Assembly (NCBI RefSeq): GCF_032191835.1
Contig: NC_083225.1
Coordinates: 49,352,001 to 49,416,000, forward strand
Direction of reading: 5' to 3'
DNA: 64,000 bases
Source: Heteronotia binoei
Lineage: Eukaryota
In this document: positions 51,046-61,882 of the stretch, piece by piece
Layout: every line of letters starts with the position of its first letter
Numbering within the stretch: position 1 is the stretch's first letter
Made by a program: the position numbers and the translations under genes
Notes under the pieces: model-generated
Told to the model about the DNA's origin: nothing
Database searches by the model: none
What the model saw: the letters and a program-made list of their open reading frames with translations, nothing else

Positions 51046-51317
51046 CAATGTAAAATATCCTGGATGAAAAAATGTATCTATAGGCCGCCGGTTTTTATTC
51101 TATCTTGTTTTTACTAAATTATGGTTTAATGGTATTTTAATTGTTTAAACTGAAATTGTTTTAATTATTGTGTTGTAAGCCGCCCTGAGACACCTAGGTG
51201 AGAAGGGCGGGGTATAAATCTTAATATAAATAAATAAATAAATAAAAATAAATTAAGGCCCTGTGTTTCTGGGAGGGATGGAATGATTTTTTTTTTTTTA
51301 CTGAACCCCCCCCCCCT

Positions 51318-51476
51318 TTCTGCTTATATGTCCTGGCGGATATCACAAAAATTATGCAAGGACCTTTTTTAGCTCATCATCAGCTATCGTTAGTGTTTGT
51401 GTATTTTATGTGCGGCCCAAGACAATTCTTCTTCTTCTAATGTGGCCCAGGGAAGCCAAAAGGTTGGACACCCCTG
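51318..51476 (-). mobile_element. MER30/Charlie12-like hAT MITE, one end preserved
   Basis: Minus strand reads caggggtgtccaaccttttggcttccctgggccacattagaagaagaagaattgtcttgggccgcacataaaatacac..., close to the recalled MER30 consensus. Confidence 0.75.
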
Positions 51477-53149
51477 ATGTAGAGCATGGAAACCTTACAT
51501 TCTGAATAAAACTTTGTTGATCTTAAAAGTGCTACTAGATTTCTACTTTGCTCTGAAAGGAGGCAGATATCATTTTGCATAGCACTTGCATCTGGCAAGA
51601 TTTCTGGATGGACTGTTTCCCTAACAACTAGCATACTGACAAATCAATCATTCCAGAGCAGAGTCCAAGTCCTCTTGCTATCCTGACCTTTTTAGTTGGT
51701 ACAATTTGCCTTCTATTTAATTTCCTTTCAAGGGAGACAGATTTTGTACATGGTTAGAAGTATCTTGGATTTAGCAGATAGAGCTCAGGCGCATTTCTCT
51801 CTGACAGCAGGGAATTGTTGTCAAAATTCTGTGCCAGCAAACTATCTTTATGCTCTAAAATTCCGCAAATACTGCAGAGCTTTCACCTTGGCCCACTTTA
51901 ATCACCTGCCCTCAGGACTCCTTGAATAGAGGTATCTACACAGTCCCTACTCCCAACATCTGTGTTCCTGCCAACTGAATGCTATCAAAACAGTGGGACA
52001 TAAACTGTGGAACATGTGTTATTATACTACCAATTTTACAGGGACATTCATTCCACATATCTCACCTCTGTACTAGCCAAGTTCCCAGAAAGATCTGACA
52101 AATTCCATACATATCTCCTCCATGGAAACTGAACTAATGAGACAATCTCTAATGTGGCCAAATTCTGTATTGAAGGTTTAACCATAAGAAAATAGATATT
52201 CCAAACCTTTTAATAACTTTTTTCTGTATAATTAATTACATCTATAAGGCTATGCATTTTAACCCTCGTATATTAGTTTTATATTTGTACTAAACTGTGC
52301 TGATAAGCTGCTGTTGGCTGATCTTTTGATTGTAATAAATACTAATAAAAAAAAGTTGTAGGGTATTCATTAATGGATCTCTTCTAAATGTCTTGTATAT
52401 GCAGATCAGATGGTCATTTAAAGAAAAGGCAAGGCAGCCTCATCCAAATCTTATTAATGCTGTCTTTGACACTTGTAACCCCCTACTGACTTCACTAGAA
52501 TGTCATTAATGGGAATGAGATTGAAATCCAGCCCAGGTCTCCAGAAGGCAAACAGACTTTCCCTTTCTTCCTCAGTCACACTGAAATGAAAATTTTCTAT
52601 CTAAAAAATTGTCTCTGACTGACAAATCATATCTATGGCAGTAGATAGCTCATGCCATTCATGAGGCGCTGAGCTGAGTGACTTCAGCAGTGTGTGGGAT
52701 CTGAAACCCAGCTGAACAGGAAGCTTCATCAGAAAGGTGACAGCTGCAATTAGCATAGAAAAACCTGATGAAATAAAGACAGAGTGAAGCCCCTAGATGA
52801 GAAATAGATTATCCGCTGTCAGAGAAAACAACAGACAAGAGACAAAGACCCAGTTACTAGGTGACAGGGTGTGCAGAAGGAAGGAAGCCAAAGAATAAAA
52901 AATGCTGTGGAGAGGCAATCACCAGTCCCTGAGGCAAAACAAAGCAGCCACTGGGAAAGGAGGGTAATATGATCAAAGATGGATGAGGAAAGCAACTAGA
53001 AAGCTTACTTGAGTGAGAAAAAACCCATTGTGTTTGAAAATTATCCCATATACACTCAAGAGAAGATCACCTTTAAGTCAGCAGCAGAAGTATGCCAGTA
53101 GTCACTATGCAAAAAAAAAAAAGTTATTCTATTAAGTAAATTGTACATT

Positions 53150-53305
53150 GTATCCCAGTAGTAATGTATGGCTGTGAGAGCTGGATCATAAGGAAGGCTG
53201 AGTGCAGAAGAATAGATGCTTTTGAGATGTGGTGCTGGAGAAGAATCTTGAGAGTCCCTTGGACTGCAAGAAGATCAAATCAGTCAGTCCTAAGGGAAAT
53301 CAACC
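53150..53305 (+). mobile_element. RTE-BovB ORF fragment
   Basis: VMYGCESWIIRKAECRRIDAFEMWCWRRILRVPWTARRSNQSVLREIN. Confidence 0.85.
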
Positions 53306-53454
53306 TAGAATGGAAATGTTTAACTGCTCAAGAGTTTGCTAAGACTTTATTACATTCTTCTATTTTGATATTGCATTTAAAAATTTTTAAAAAGTGATTC
53401 CAATACTATAGATTTTGTATGGTGAATGTATTTCGTTAATTTTCCACAGTGATT

Positions 53455-54135
53455 TTGGTGTTTCTACTTCAGCTACATAGGGCAGGCTTGTGATGATAGT
53501 TGCTACCTGGCAACAAAGAGTGAATGTTACAGCTTTTGATGAAAGCCCTCTGAAGGAGGACCAACCAGTAGCCCAGGCCATAGTTGAGGGGGTTGATGTG
53601 CTTGCACTGGCACCACATGGAGAAGGTTCTTTCCCACATAGTATTGTAGATGTGGAAGCCATGATGGTCTTTGCAACCTCTGAGGAGTAGCCAAGATTCC
53701 TTTCAAGAGCCACACAGTCCGATGGAGCTACTCTGAACTGATGTGCCAGAGTGGCCCCTGCTGCAATATGTCTGGGCTCCTGGAAAACTCCCAGGTCCCT
53801 TAACTGACAGTTCTACCAAGGATTGAAACGGTGGCCTGGACAGCCAATCTGGAGCCACAAAGAGAGACTCCTTCTGACATATCTTCCATAGAGCCTGGGA
53901 TCACTGCCAGGGGCAGAGGAGTATACAGTAAGCCCTTGGGTCATAGAGAGGTTAGAGCAACTGCTCATTCTGACCAAGAGAGATGGTATCTGGAGAAAAA
54001 TCTCAGGACTTGATGATTGGATGCTGAGGCAAACAGATCCACTTCCAGCATTCTAAATCTGGCTGTGATTAATAGGATGATCTCCCATTTGATGGATCAT
54101 TTGTTTTGTCTGTGATCTGTCTGCTCAGCAACTCT
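53455..54135 (-). mobile_element. Degraded DIRS1-like (tyrosine recombinase) retrotransposon fragment
   Basis: Minus strand gives EVDLFASASNHQVLRFFSRY...LLYTPLP and then LGYSSEVAKTIMAS, the DLFAS/YAFPP block followed by the YR N-terminus seen in DIRS. Confidence 0.6.
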
Positions 54136-54139
54136 GGTA

Positions 54140-54790
54140 ACCAAAAAGTTCAAGACAAAGAAAAAGAAACCAAAAAATAGCTATGCACATAATGCTAATG
54201 GATAAACTATTATACATTTAAAGTACTAAAATACCAATTAAAAACCACAATCCTATGCTTCTGCATATGAGTACCTAATCCTAATATAAAGATAAATGTC
54301 GAATCATATAAACACAGGTTAAAAGGTACAAATTATATCCATATACCAACACCAATATAAAACGTGTTTTGGCTAAAAGCCTTCCTCAGTGGTAAAATTC
54401 AAACTCCATAAATTTAACAAAAATATACATAAAACTCATACACAGAATGGACCTAAAATGAAAGGGGACCTAAAATGAAAATTATACATACATATAATTA
54501 TGTATATGTCTGTTAAGCAACAGGTTTTTTTAAAACAAATATTTTTAAATATATGGAACTGGAATAACTACCTTACACTGAGATGTTCACTAGTGGAGTA
54601 AGTGGTGATAAATAGTCTTGAGAAAAAAACATGGGCAGCCATGGCAAAGATTTTTATAGACAAGCCAAAATCCTTATGGAACAATTAAAGGAAAGAGGAT
54701 ATTCTTCAAAAGTCTCCAACAATCCTTTCATAAAGCTAAGAATACACCAACGGAATCTTTACTGCCACCTAAGATTCGCAATAACTATAC
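54140..54790. mobile_element. Penelope-like element remnant
   Basis: Plus-strand EQLKERGYSSKV (RGY motif of PLE RT C-terminus) at about 54680-54715; hammerhead-like core on the minus strand at 54361-54392. Confidence 0.5.
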
Positions 54791-56786
54791 AGACAGGTTA
54801 ATCATTATGTTAACTTATGGTGGCACTTACACTGGCGTGAAGAATATCACTGAAAAGCATAGCTACCTTTTGTCTAGCAAGTAAAAAGCTGCATTCCCCA
54901 ACGAAGTGGGAAGCAATCTCAGCCAGGGCTATTGCAACCAGGAGACAGACAGTTGAAAAGTTTAGTCCTGCCTCCATAAGCAATTGGTGGGAATCACCCA
55001 TTCCAAGATGCTGTCCTCCTCAGAAGATCCATTTCACCAGCTCTGTGGAATGTGTAGACCAAGCAGTGGTGAATCAGAAATGGCGAGGGGGCTATCCACC
55101 TGGGTGGAAGGCAATTCATTTTGTTAAAAATGAACTTCTTAGCTTGTGAACCTTTTGGATACTCTCTCTTTAAGAAAAGCCACCAACTACAGGAAACAGG
55201 AAGCCATGTTGCCAATTGCAAACTCCTCCTCTCTTTTCTCTGTCATTTACTCCCTGGGAGGAAGAAGATAAAGAAATTGGAGAGGTATGCAATTACACAG
55301 ATGGTATTTCCAAGATGTTATTTTTAAGGATTGTTACTTTCTGCAATTGTTTCTGGTTGCGGACAAGTGGAATTGTCACCACCACCCCCTTCATGGCTTC
55401 TATTCCTGTGTCACTTGTGCCTGATCTGCTACAGATGTCAGGTGATTTCTTTCTCTTTTTTTCTTTGCATGCTTATTAATGTGCAAACATTGCTTTCCTT
55501 TAATTTCCAGCTGAGCAGAGACTAAATCTAGCTATTGTGTTTTTATCCTGCTTTGCATCCAAGGGGTCTTATGTGATTTCTCCCTTCCTCACACTAACCC
55601 TGTAGATAGGCTGAGAGTAACTTGGCTAACTTCACAAAAAAGGTCTGCTGCTCTAATCACTAGGCCACACTAAAATCCTAGAACTGCAATTGTAGTGAAA
55701 CTCAGTAGACAAAATATAAAAGCCCCAGCCCAGACGTTTGAAATCTGGTTGATCAGGACTCCAAAAAGAGATCTGTTCTGAGTATAAAAATGATAACAAT
55801 TGTTCAGGACTGTCTAAAGGCAGGGGCAAAAGAGAATGCCATGGGTGAAGGAGTTCCTCAGCTCCACTGTATTTAAGTGCTACTCTATGGGAAGCTTTAG
55901 TATTACTCTCTGCAGGTCAACCTGCAGTGTGGTGTAGTGGTTAGAGTGTCAGACTAGGATTAGATGGCAGCAGCAAGTGCCATCAAGTTGCAGCTGACAT
56001 ATGGCAACCCTTTATGGGATTTTCAAGGCAAGAGATATTTAGATGTTGTTTGCCTTGGTCATCCTGGCCAGGGAAAGATCTAGGACTGAGATTCAATCAA
56101 TCATAATCATTACTGCATTAGCTCACAGCCTTAGAAATAAATACCAAAAGGACTGAGATTTAAATCCCTACTGCCCTGGAAGCTTGCTGGATGACCTTGA
56201 GCAACATTCTTCGCTTAAGGTACCTCAAAGGGTAAATAAGTAAATAAACTACCTTTCAACACACAGTGCAGAGATCCCCAGCCTTTTTCTGCCTGTGGGG
56301 CACCAATTCAGCCACAGGATGGTGGGCACAGCCACAAAATTCTGCTGCTAATTTATAGCAATCCTGTAGGGTTTTCAAGGCAAGGGATGAACAGAAGTGG
56401 TTTGCCATTGCCTGCCTCTGTGTGGCAACCCTGGATTTCTTTCTTGGTGGTCACCCATCCAGTTACTAACCAAGACAGACCCTATTTAGCTTCCTAGATC
56501 AGAACTTCCTAGATCAGAGCCCAAGAGCTTCTGAGGGCATCATTCGTAGACATGTGAAATTGTCCTATACTGTATCAAGGAGAGTACTGTCTACTCAGTA
56601 TGGCAGTGTCTCTCCGGGATCCCAGGCAGAATCTTTCACACCACCTATTACCTGATCCCTTTAATTGTAAATGCTTGGAGATAAGCACTGGGTTCTACAT
56701 ATGCCATAAATATGTTTGCACACTCGGGGGCCAAAGGGATATCCATGGCAGTGCCATTGACTTGAACGTATATATAGGATGTCCCT

Positions 56787-57200
56787 CAGGAGTTGTTTTG
56801 TAGAAAAATAGGTGGTGGAGCTCATTAGCATATGCCAACCACCAATAGCTAAAAGCAACCCGACACCCTGGGCAAGTGAAGGAGAGCCCTGGGTGAGGGA
56901 AGCCTGCTTGGTCTCACCTGGGGTTCTCCTTGGCCTCCAGCCTCCACAGCCAAAAGGCCAGCAAGCCACCAACTGCCCCAAATCACGTAAGGGTGACATG
57001 GGCTTCTCCAGGGCTTAATGAGGACTGCTGGGGTGTGGTAAAGCTCCTGGTGGCTGGCTAGCTGCCCGCTCTCCTAATCCAGGGATTGCTATATAGCTGC
57101 GCCTACTATTCAATGGATAAGGTAGGTGGGGAGGAGGGGGGGGCTGTCAGAAAGGTTCAGGAGCTGTGCTCCTTTGAGATCCTGTTGAATTCAAGGTCTG
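56787..57200. mobile_element. hAT MITE related to 8164-8439 and about 13884-14052, opposite orientation
   Basis: Shared ttttgtagaaaaataggtggtggagctca end; TSD 6/8. Confidence 0.65.
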
Positions 57201-58204
57201 ATATCCCCAAAGCTGAAACAGTTGTGGGAAAGGACAGGGTGACACAGTTTAGCAGCCAGCTGCCCTGGCGTCATCAGGAATGTGATTCTTGATGGGAAAA
57301 TATAGAAGTTACAGCTCTGTGAGTCATGACTGCTATAGTTCTCTTGGTGCTCAATACATTGCCTACACTTCCTCTTCAATTTCTACAATCATTGTGGACT
57401 AGTAAGTACAGAGCAGGAGCTGAACTGAAGGGAGGGAGGGAGGGAGGGGGAGAGAGAGCAAAAGTGTTGGAATCAAATCCCAGTTTAGTAAAGAGATCTC
57501 TAGGGTTCCTCTGCCAAGACACAGGGCTCTCATTGCAGTTTTCCTTGTGCAAGACAGAAAACACTGCAGTCTCAGAAGGCTCCTCCAAAAAATGGAGAAC
57601 AAGAGAAGGAAAAGGAGCAGAAAGTGTATCCTATAGTAGATGCACTGCATACCAGTTAAAGGACATGCTTTCTTCTTCTCTTGGGAGAGTAGGGGAGGGG
57701 AGGATGGAGGCTGGGATTAGAATTGTCCTCTGGAGTATTAAACCAAGGTTCCTAATTTCTTTTTCTCATTTGTTTTTCTCCACATTAATGTGTTAACTGC
57801 TCAGATTTGCATGCAGCTTCCGAGCAAAGCTCTCAAATTTCATTCAGAATGTTCAAACAATATTTTTTTCCTCTTCCAATGGAATCCAAAGCAAATGTGA
57901 TTCTGGCTCATAATTAATCCTCCCCACCTATAGAAAATGTTTTAATTTTCAAGCAGTCTCAAGCTACTTTCTCAAGTTGTCGGTTGCCAAATGGCATCAC
58001 TAAATCCTTCTCAAATTTAAGAGCACTTGTCTAATTGCTTTTGGGAAGGATAGCTCACTTTCTATCTTTTTACCCTGCCCTTCCTTTGTTATCCCTTCTG
58101 TTCTTTTATCCTTACAATAATTCTGTGAGGAAAGTCAGGGTGGGAAAGTGGATGGCCCAGATAGTTTGAGGGTTTTGAACCAAGTCTACTTGGACACCTT
58201 AACT

Positions 58205-58851
58205 CAGGGGTCCCCACAACCTTTTGGAGCCCAAAGGCACCTTTGGAATTCTGACACAACATGGTGGACACAGACACTAAATGGTAGAGCCAGTGGCTGT
58301 TGCAGCTTACCTTCCATCACAGTGAGCATACTTATGGTGTGGTGGCAGCTGCTGTCAAAGTAACATTTAAAAAAAACCTAACTAGCCAATTGAAATGTAC
58401 TGGGTTCAATGCATGAGACTCAGTTGCAGTTGATCTCATCTCTTTATTGGTGATTACAGCATGGCCATAGTTAAACTGAGACTCAATAACTGGGCCAACG
58501 GGGCCAACTATATACACTCAAAGTTCCTGTGCTAGGACATCATTGGATCATTTGAACTAGCAGAGGGCTTGTTATTGGTCCAGGGAAGCAGAGATTTGGA
58601 TCCTGCTTCCCATTGCTTCAGTGTCCCCAAGCTCAGTCCTAAGGCTCCAATGAGCCAAGCAGGAACAAACAACCTCCATTAAAGCATCGGGTCATATACA
58701 CAACACCAATCAAATCTCCAATGGCCAATCAGAAGCCTTGCTGGACAAAAGCCCCACCTGGCCCCACCTATTTTCTAAATACACTTGGTGGGTACCAAGA
58801 AAAGTGCTAGCCGGTGTGGTGGCACTCGTGGGCATGTGTTGCGGACCCCTG
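58205..58851. mobile_element. Non-autonomous hAT element
   Basis: caggggtccccaca / gttgcggacccctg; TSD 6/8 (ccttaact / tcctaact). Confidence 0.7.
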
Positions 58852-59640
58852 TCCTAACTACAATTTTCTGTCCTGACTGCCTCCCCCCCCCCCCCGCACT
58901 GACTGTTTCCTGTGCATCAGAATCCTAAATGGAGTGGAGTTCTGTCTCTAAAGGGGATGTGCTGGCAAACTGGTGCCCTGGCACCAAAATGGCAGCATCT
59001 TTTGTGATTTATTTCAAAACTGTAAGCAGGTAAGTATTCTGGCTAACTTCAAAGGAGGAAAATGGAAACCTGTTTTTAAGAACAACTACTCAAAATTGTG
59101 TGTGAGAAGTACATTATTTCAGGCTTGCAAGTAAGACTGCTACAATTACTGGCCCTGAATTGATCAGTTCCAGTCTTGGTAGAGAAATTCCTATGATTCT
59201 AAAATTACTTTTGCTTAATTATGCAGCTATGTGTCTGAGGGAGCTTCAGCCTGTTCTTTTAAATCTAAAAATGGCAGCTAGACTCGCTTTCGCTTAGGCA
59301 GTACGGGCAGGAATGGAGGCACTGCGCAGTTCAATAAAAGAAAATTCTGTCAGATAGAGGAGTGGGGTATTTAAAAATGATCTGCCATGGGCGTCAAAAA
59401 TGCTATGTACACTGCTGAGACCAAGACCAATTTCCCACTCACCCTGTTTCGGTCTCGTTGTTCCTTTTCCCTGTGGGGCTGCTGCTGGATTTCGCACAAG
59501 CTGCCCCAAGCCGGTGAGTTGCCTCGCATCCTTTTTAAGTTCCCTCCGTGGCAGACAGAAACTGGTTTTCAGAGGAGACAACTTGAAGAGAGGCGGAGCT
59601 TGTGTGAAATCCAGCAGCAGCCCCACGGAGAAGAGGTGAG

Positions 59641-59856
59641 CAATGTTCCTTCTAAGCTGCAGAGCCTTGTGAGCAAAAATTCTACTTTGTGAGCTATTGG
59701 TATTAAAGTTCTGAGCTACTGGCATTAAAGTTGTAAGCTACTGCATAAATTAGTGTGCTCTGGGGCCAACCTTCCTGAGCTAAGACAAAAATGTGTGAAC
59801 TGGAGCCCAAATATTTGTGAGCTAGCTCACACTAACTCAGCTTAGAGTGAACACTG
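59641..59856. mobile_element. hAT MITE, cagtgttccctctaag family
   Basis: TSD gaggtgag / gaggagag (7/8). Confidence 0.8.
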
Positions 59857-59986
59857 GAGGAGAGTGAGAACGGCATTAGTTTAGTGTAAGAATTTGATGA
59901 GACCATAGAATTTGATGAGACTATTTGATGAGACTATATTTCTTTGTAAAGACATCCCTTGTTCCACCCTCTTAAATATATAAAGA

Positions 59987-60169
59987 CGGGGCTTTTTTTG
60001 GTAGAAAAAGCCCAGCAGGAACTCATATTAGGACAAACCCCCTGATGTCACCATTGTTTCACATGGGGCTTTTTATAGAAAAAGCCCAGAAGGAACTCAT
60101 TTGCATATTAGGCCACACACCCTGATGCCAAACCAGCCGGAACTGCGTTCCTGCTTTTAAAAAGCCCTG
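59987..60169. mobile_element. hAT MITE, cagggctttttt family, 130 bp from the SH3RF3 exon donor
   Basis: Perfect TSD tataaaga. Confidence 0.85.
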
Positions 60170-60299
60170 TATAAAGACAATGAGGCGTACTGCTAAATAA
60201 AACATGGAAAAAAGGACTTGACTGTCTGGATGCAGAGCAACAAACACATTTTAAACTACACAGACATTAATTAGGTCAGGAAGTGTTATTTCACTTTAC

Positions 60300-60575
60300 C
60301 TTAGTGAAGGTTAGACAGTCCTTGTCTTGATCTTTGTCCTTTATTTCAAAGTCATAAAGTGCTTTGCCTTGAGGTGGAGCTGATGGAAGTGGCTTGATAC
60401 ACTGGATGTAGCTTGCTGGGAAAAAGCCATGGTTTCCATTCAGTTCACCGTGATACCAATTCTCGTCTACTTTTCGTCGCAATATAATAATGTCTCCTTT
60501 GTTAAACTTAAGATCACCTGGCTCTTTCCCCTCATAAGCATACAGAGCCTTTCCATATGGCAGCTGAGAGGAATT
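60300..60575 (-). CDS. SH3RF3: SH3RF3 coding exon (probably exon 2): first SH3 domain and start of the second
   Basis: 92 codons [47 protein letters not shown]...[24 protein letters not shown]. Acceptor ctttcttgttgcag|AAT, donor AAG|gtaaag, 276 bp, phase 0/0. The [14 protein letters not shown] motif matches SH3RF3 rather than SH3RF1 (recall). Confidence 0.95.
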
Positions 60576-61399
60576 CTGCAACAAGAAAGAAAGAAACTAT
60601 TATGTAGCATTTAAATCATTTATTTATTTATATTTTATAGCCTGCCTCTTAGACAAATGGCTTATGGGACTGCTAAGAAAAGGTTTTTAAAGCCAACAAT
60701 AAACTAAGTAAAGCTCCGTACAATAAAGCACCAACTGACAGAAATTAAAACATCATCAATCATCTATTGCAACATTTCAGAAAGAAGATGTGGAGCGTAA
60801 AAGAGAGAACAAGGACAACAGGGATTGTGTGGGATGACTTGAAATTATCAAGTGACATAGAACTTAGAAAATGTGATTCTGGATGAAGAATTCAGTTTCC
60901 TGAAAAATCCCAGATTTCATTTAAAAAAACAAACCTACATAGGCTTTATGGCTATAAACATTTTTCAAAAATACATATTTTATGAAGGCATGCTTGAAAG
61001 CATGAGGGTAATCCCTGAAGAAATCTCCTGAACTCGACTGAGTAGCTGAACAAGTTTTCAGCTGACTGCCCTTAAATAACTCAAGAGTCAATGATATGGA
61101 CAATAACAAAAATTGTGGCACCCCATTTGCGGAATGCTTTCTCTCATCTCTTTGCCGACTGCCAAAGCCTTTATGTACACAGGAATTTTAAATTTGTACT
61201 TTGGCGGAAGGGTCGTGATTTCAAGTATCATTTGTTGACTGATATTTAAGGTATATTAATTTTTAAAAATTGCATACCTCAAAAATTGCACACCTCAGAA
61301 GCCTTCAATGGTGTACAAGTTTGGAGATCACAACACACTATGGTTTGTGCTCATTCAGCACTTTCTAATTAACTCTCACAGAGTGAAGGATAAAGTTTT

Positions 61400-61478
61400 A
61401 GGCTAGTGACACCTTTAAGACTAACAAAGTTTTATTCAAATTATGTTTCCTGTGCATACACACTTCTTCAGATACCAG
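61400..61478 (-). ncRNA. Decayed Penelope-type minimal hammerhead ribozyme motif
   Basis: ggtat-CTGAAGA-agtgtg tatg caca-GGAAA, followed by gaataaaactttgttagtcttaaaggtg. Confidence 0.55.
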
Positions 61479-61687
61479 ACTGAGGGATGGAAGGGAGAAT
61501 GAGAACCTAGGGTTCTTACATCTGAATTGTGCCCATAAGAGCCAAACTTCAACCCATTGTCACCAATGCCATTTTCCAGAAGAAATGGGCCATTTAAAAA
61601 ATGCCACAGTGTGGTTGTGGGGAAAGCAATCTTGATTTTCCCTATACAACTTTCAAGTGCTAAAGCTACACACACATCGGTACTATG

Positions 61688-61882
61688 CAGTGTTCCCTCT
61701 AAGTTGAGTTAGTGTGAGCTAGCTCACAGATTTTTGTCCTCCAGCTCACATATTTTTGTCTTAGCTCAGGAAGGATAACCCCACAGCACAGTAATTTATG
61801 CAGTAGCTCACAAATTTAATGCCAGTAGCTCACAAAGTAGAATTTTTTTACTCACAAGGCTCTGCAGCTTAGAGGAACACTG
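61688..61882. mobile_element. hAT MITE, cagtgttccctctaag family
   Basis: TSD gtactatg / gtgctatg (7/8). Confidence 0.8.

Larger units (their letters stand above)
46575..51251 (+). mobile_element. Near full-length L2-clade LINE
   Basis: CpG-rich 5' region, EN-RT ORF2, 3' stem-loop ccgccct...agggcgg at 51180-51210 and (TAAA)n tail. Boundaries defined by interruption of a flanking tandem repeat unit. Confidence 0.92.
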
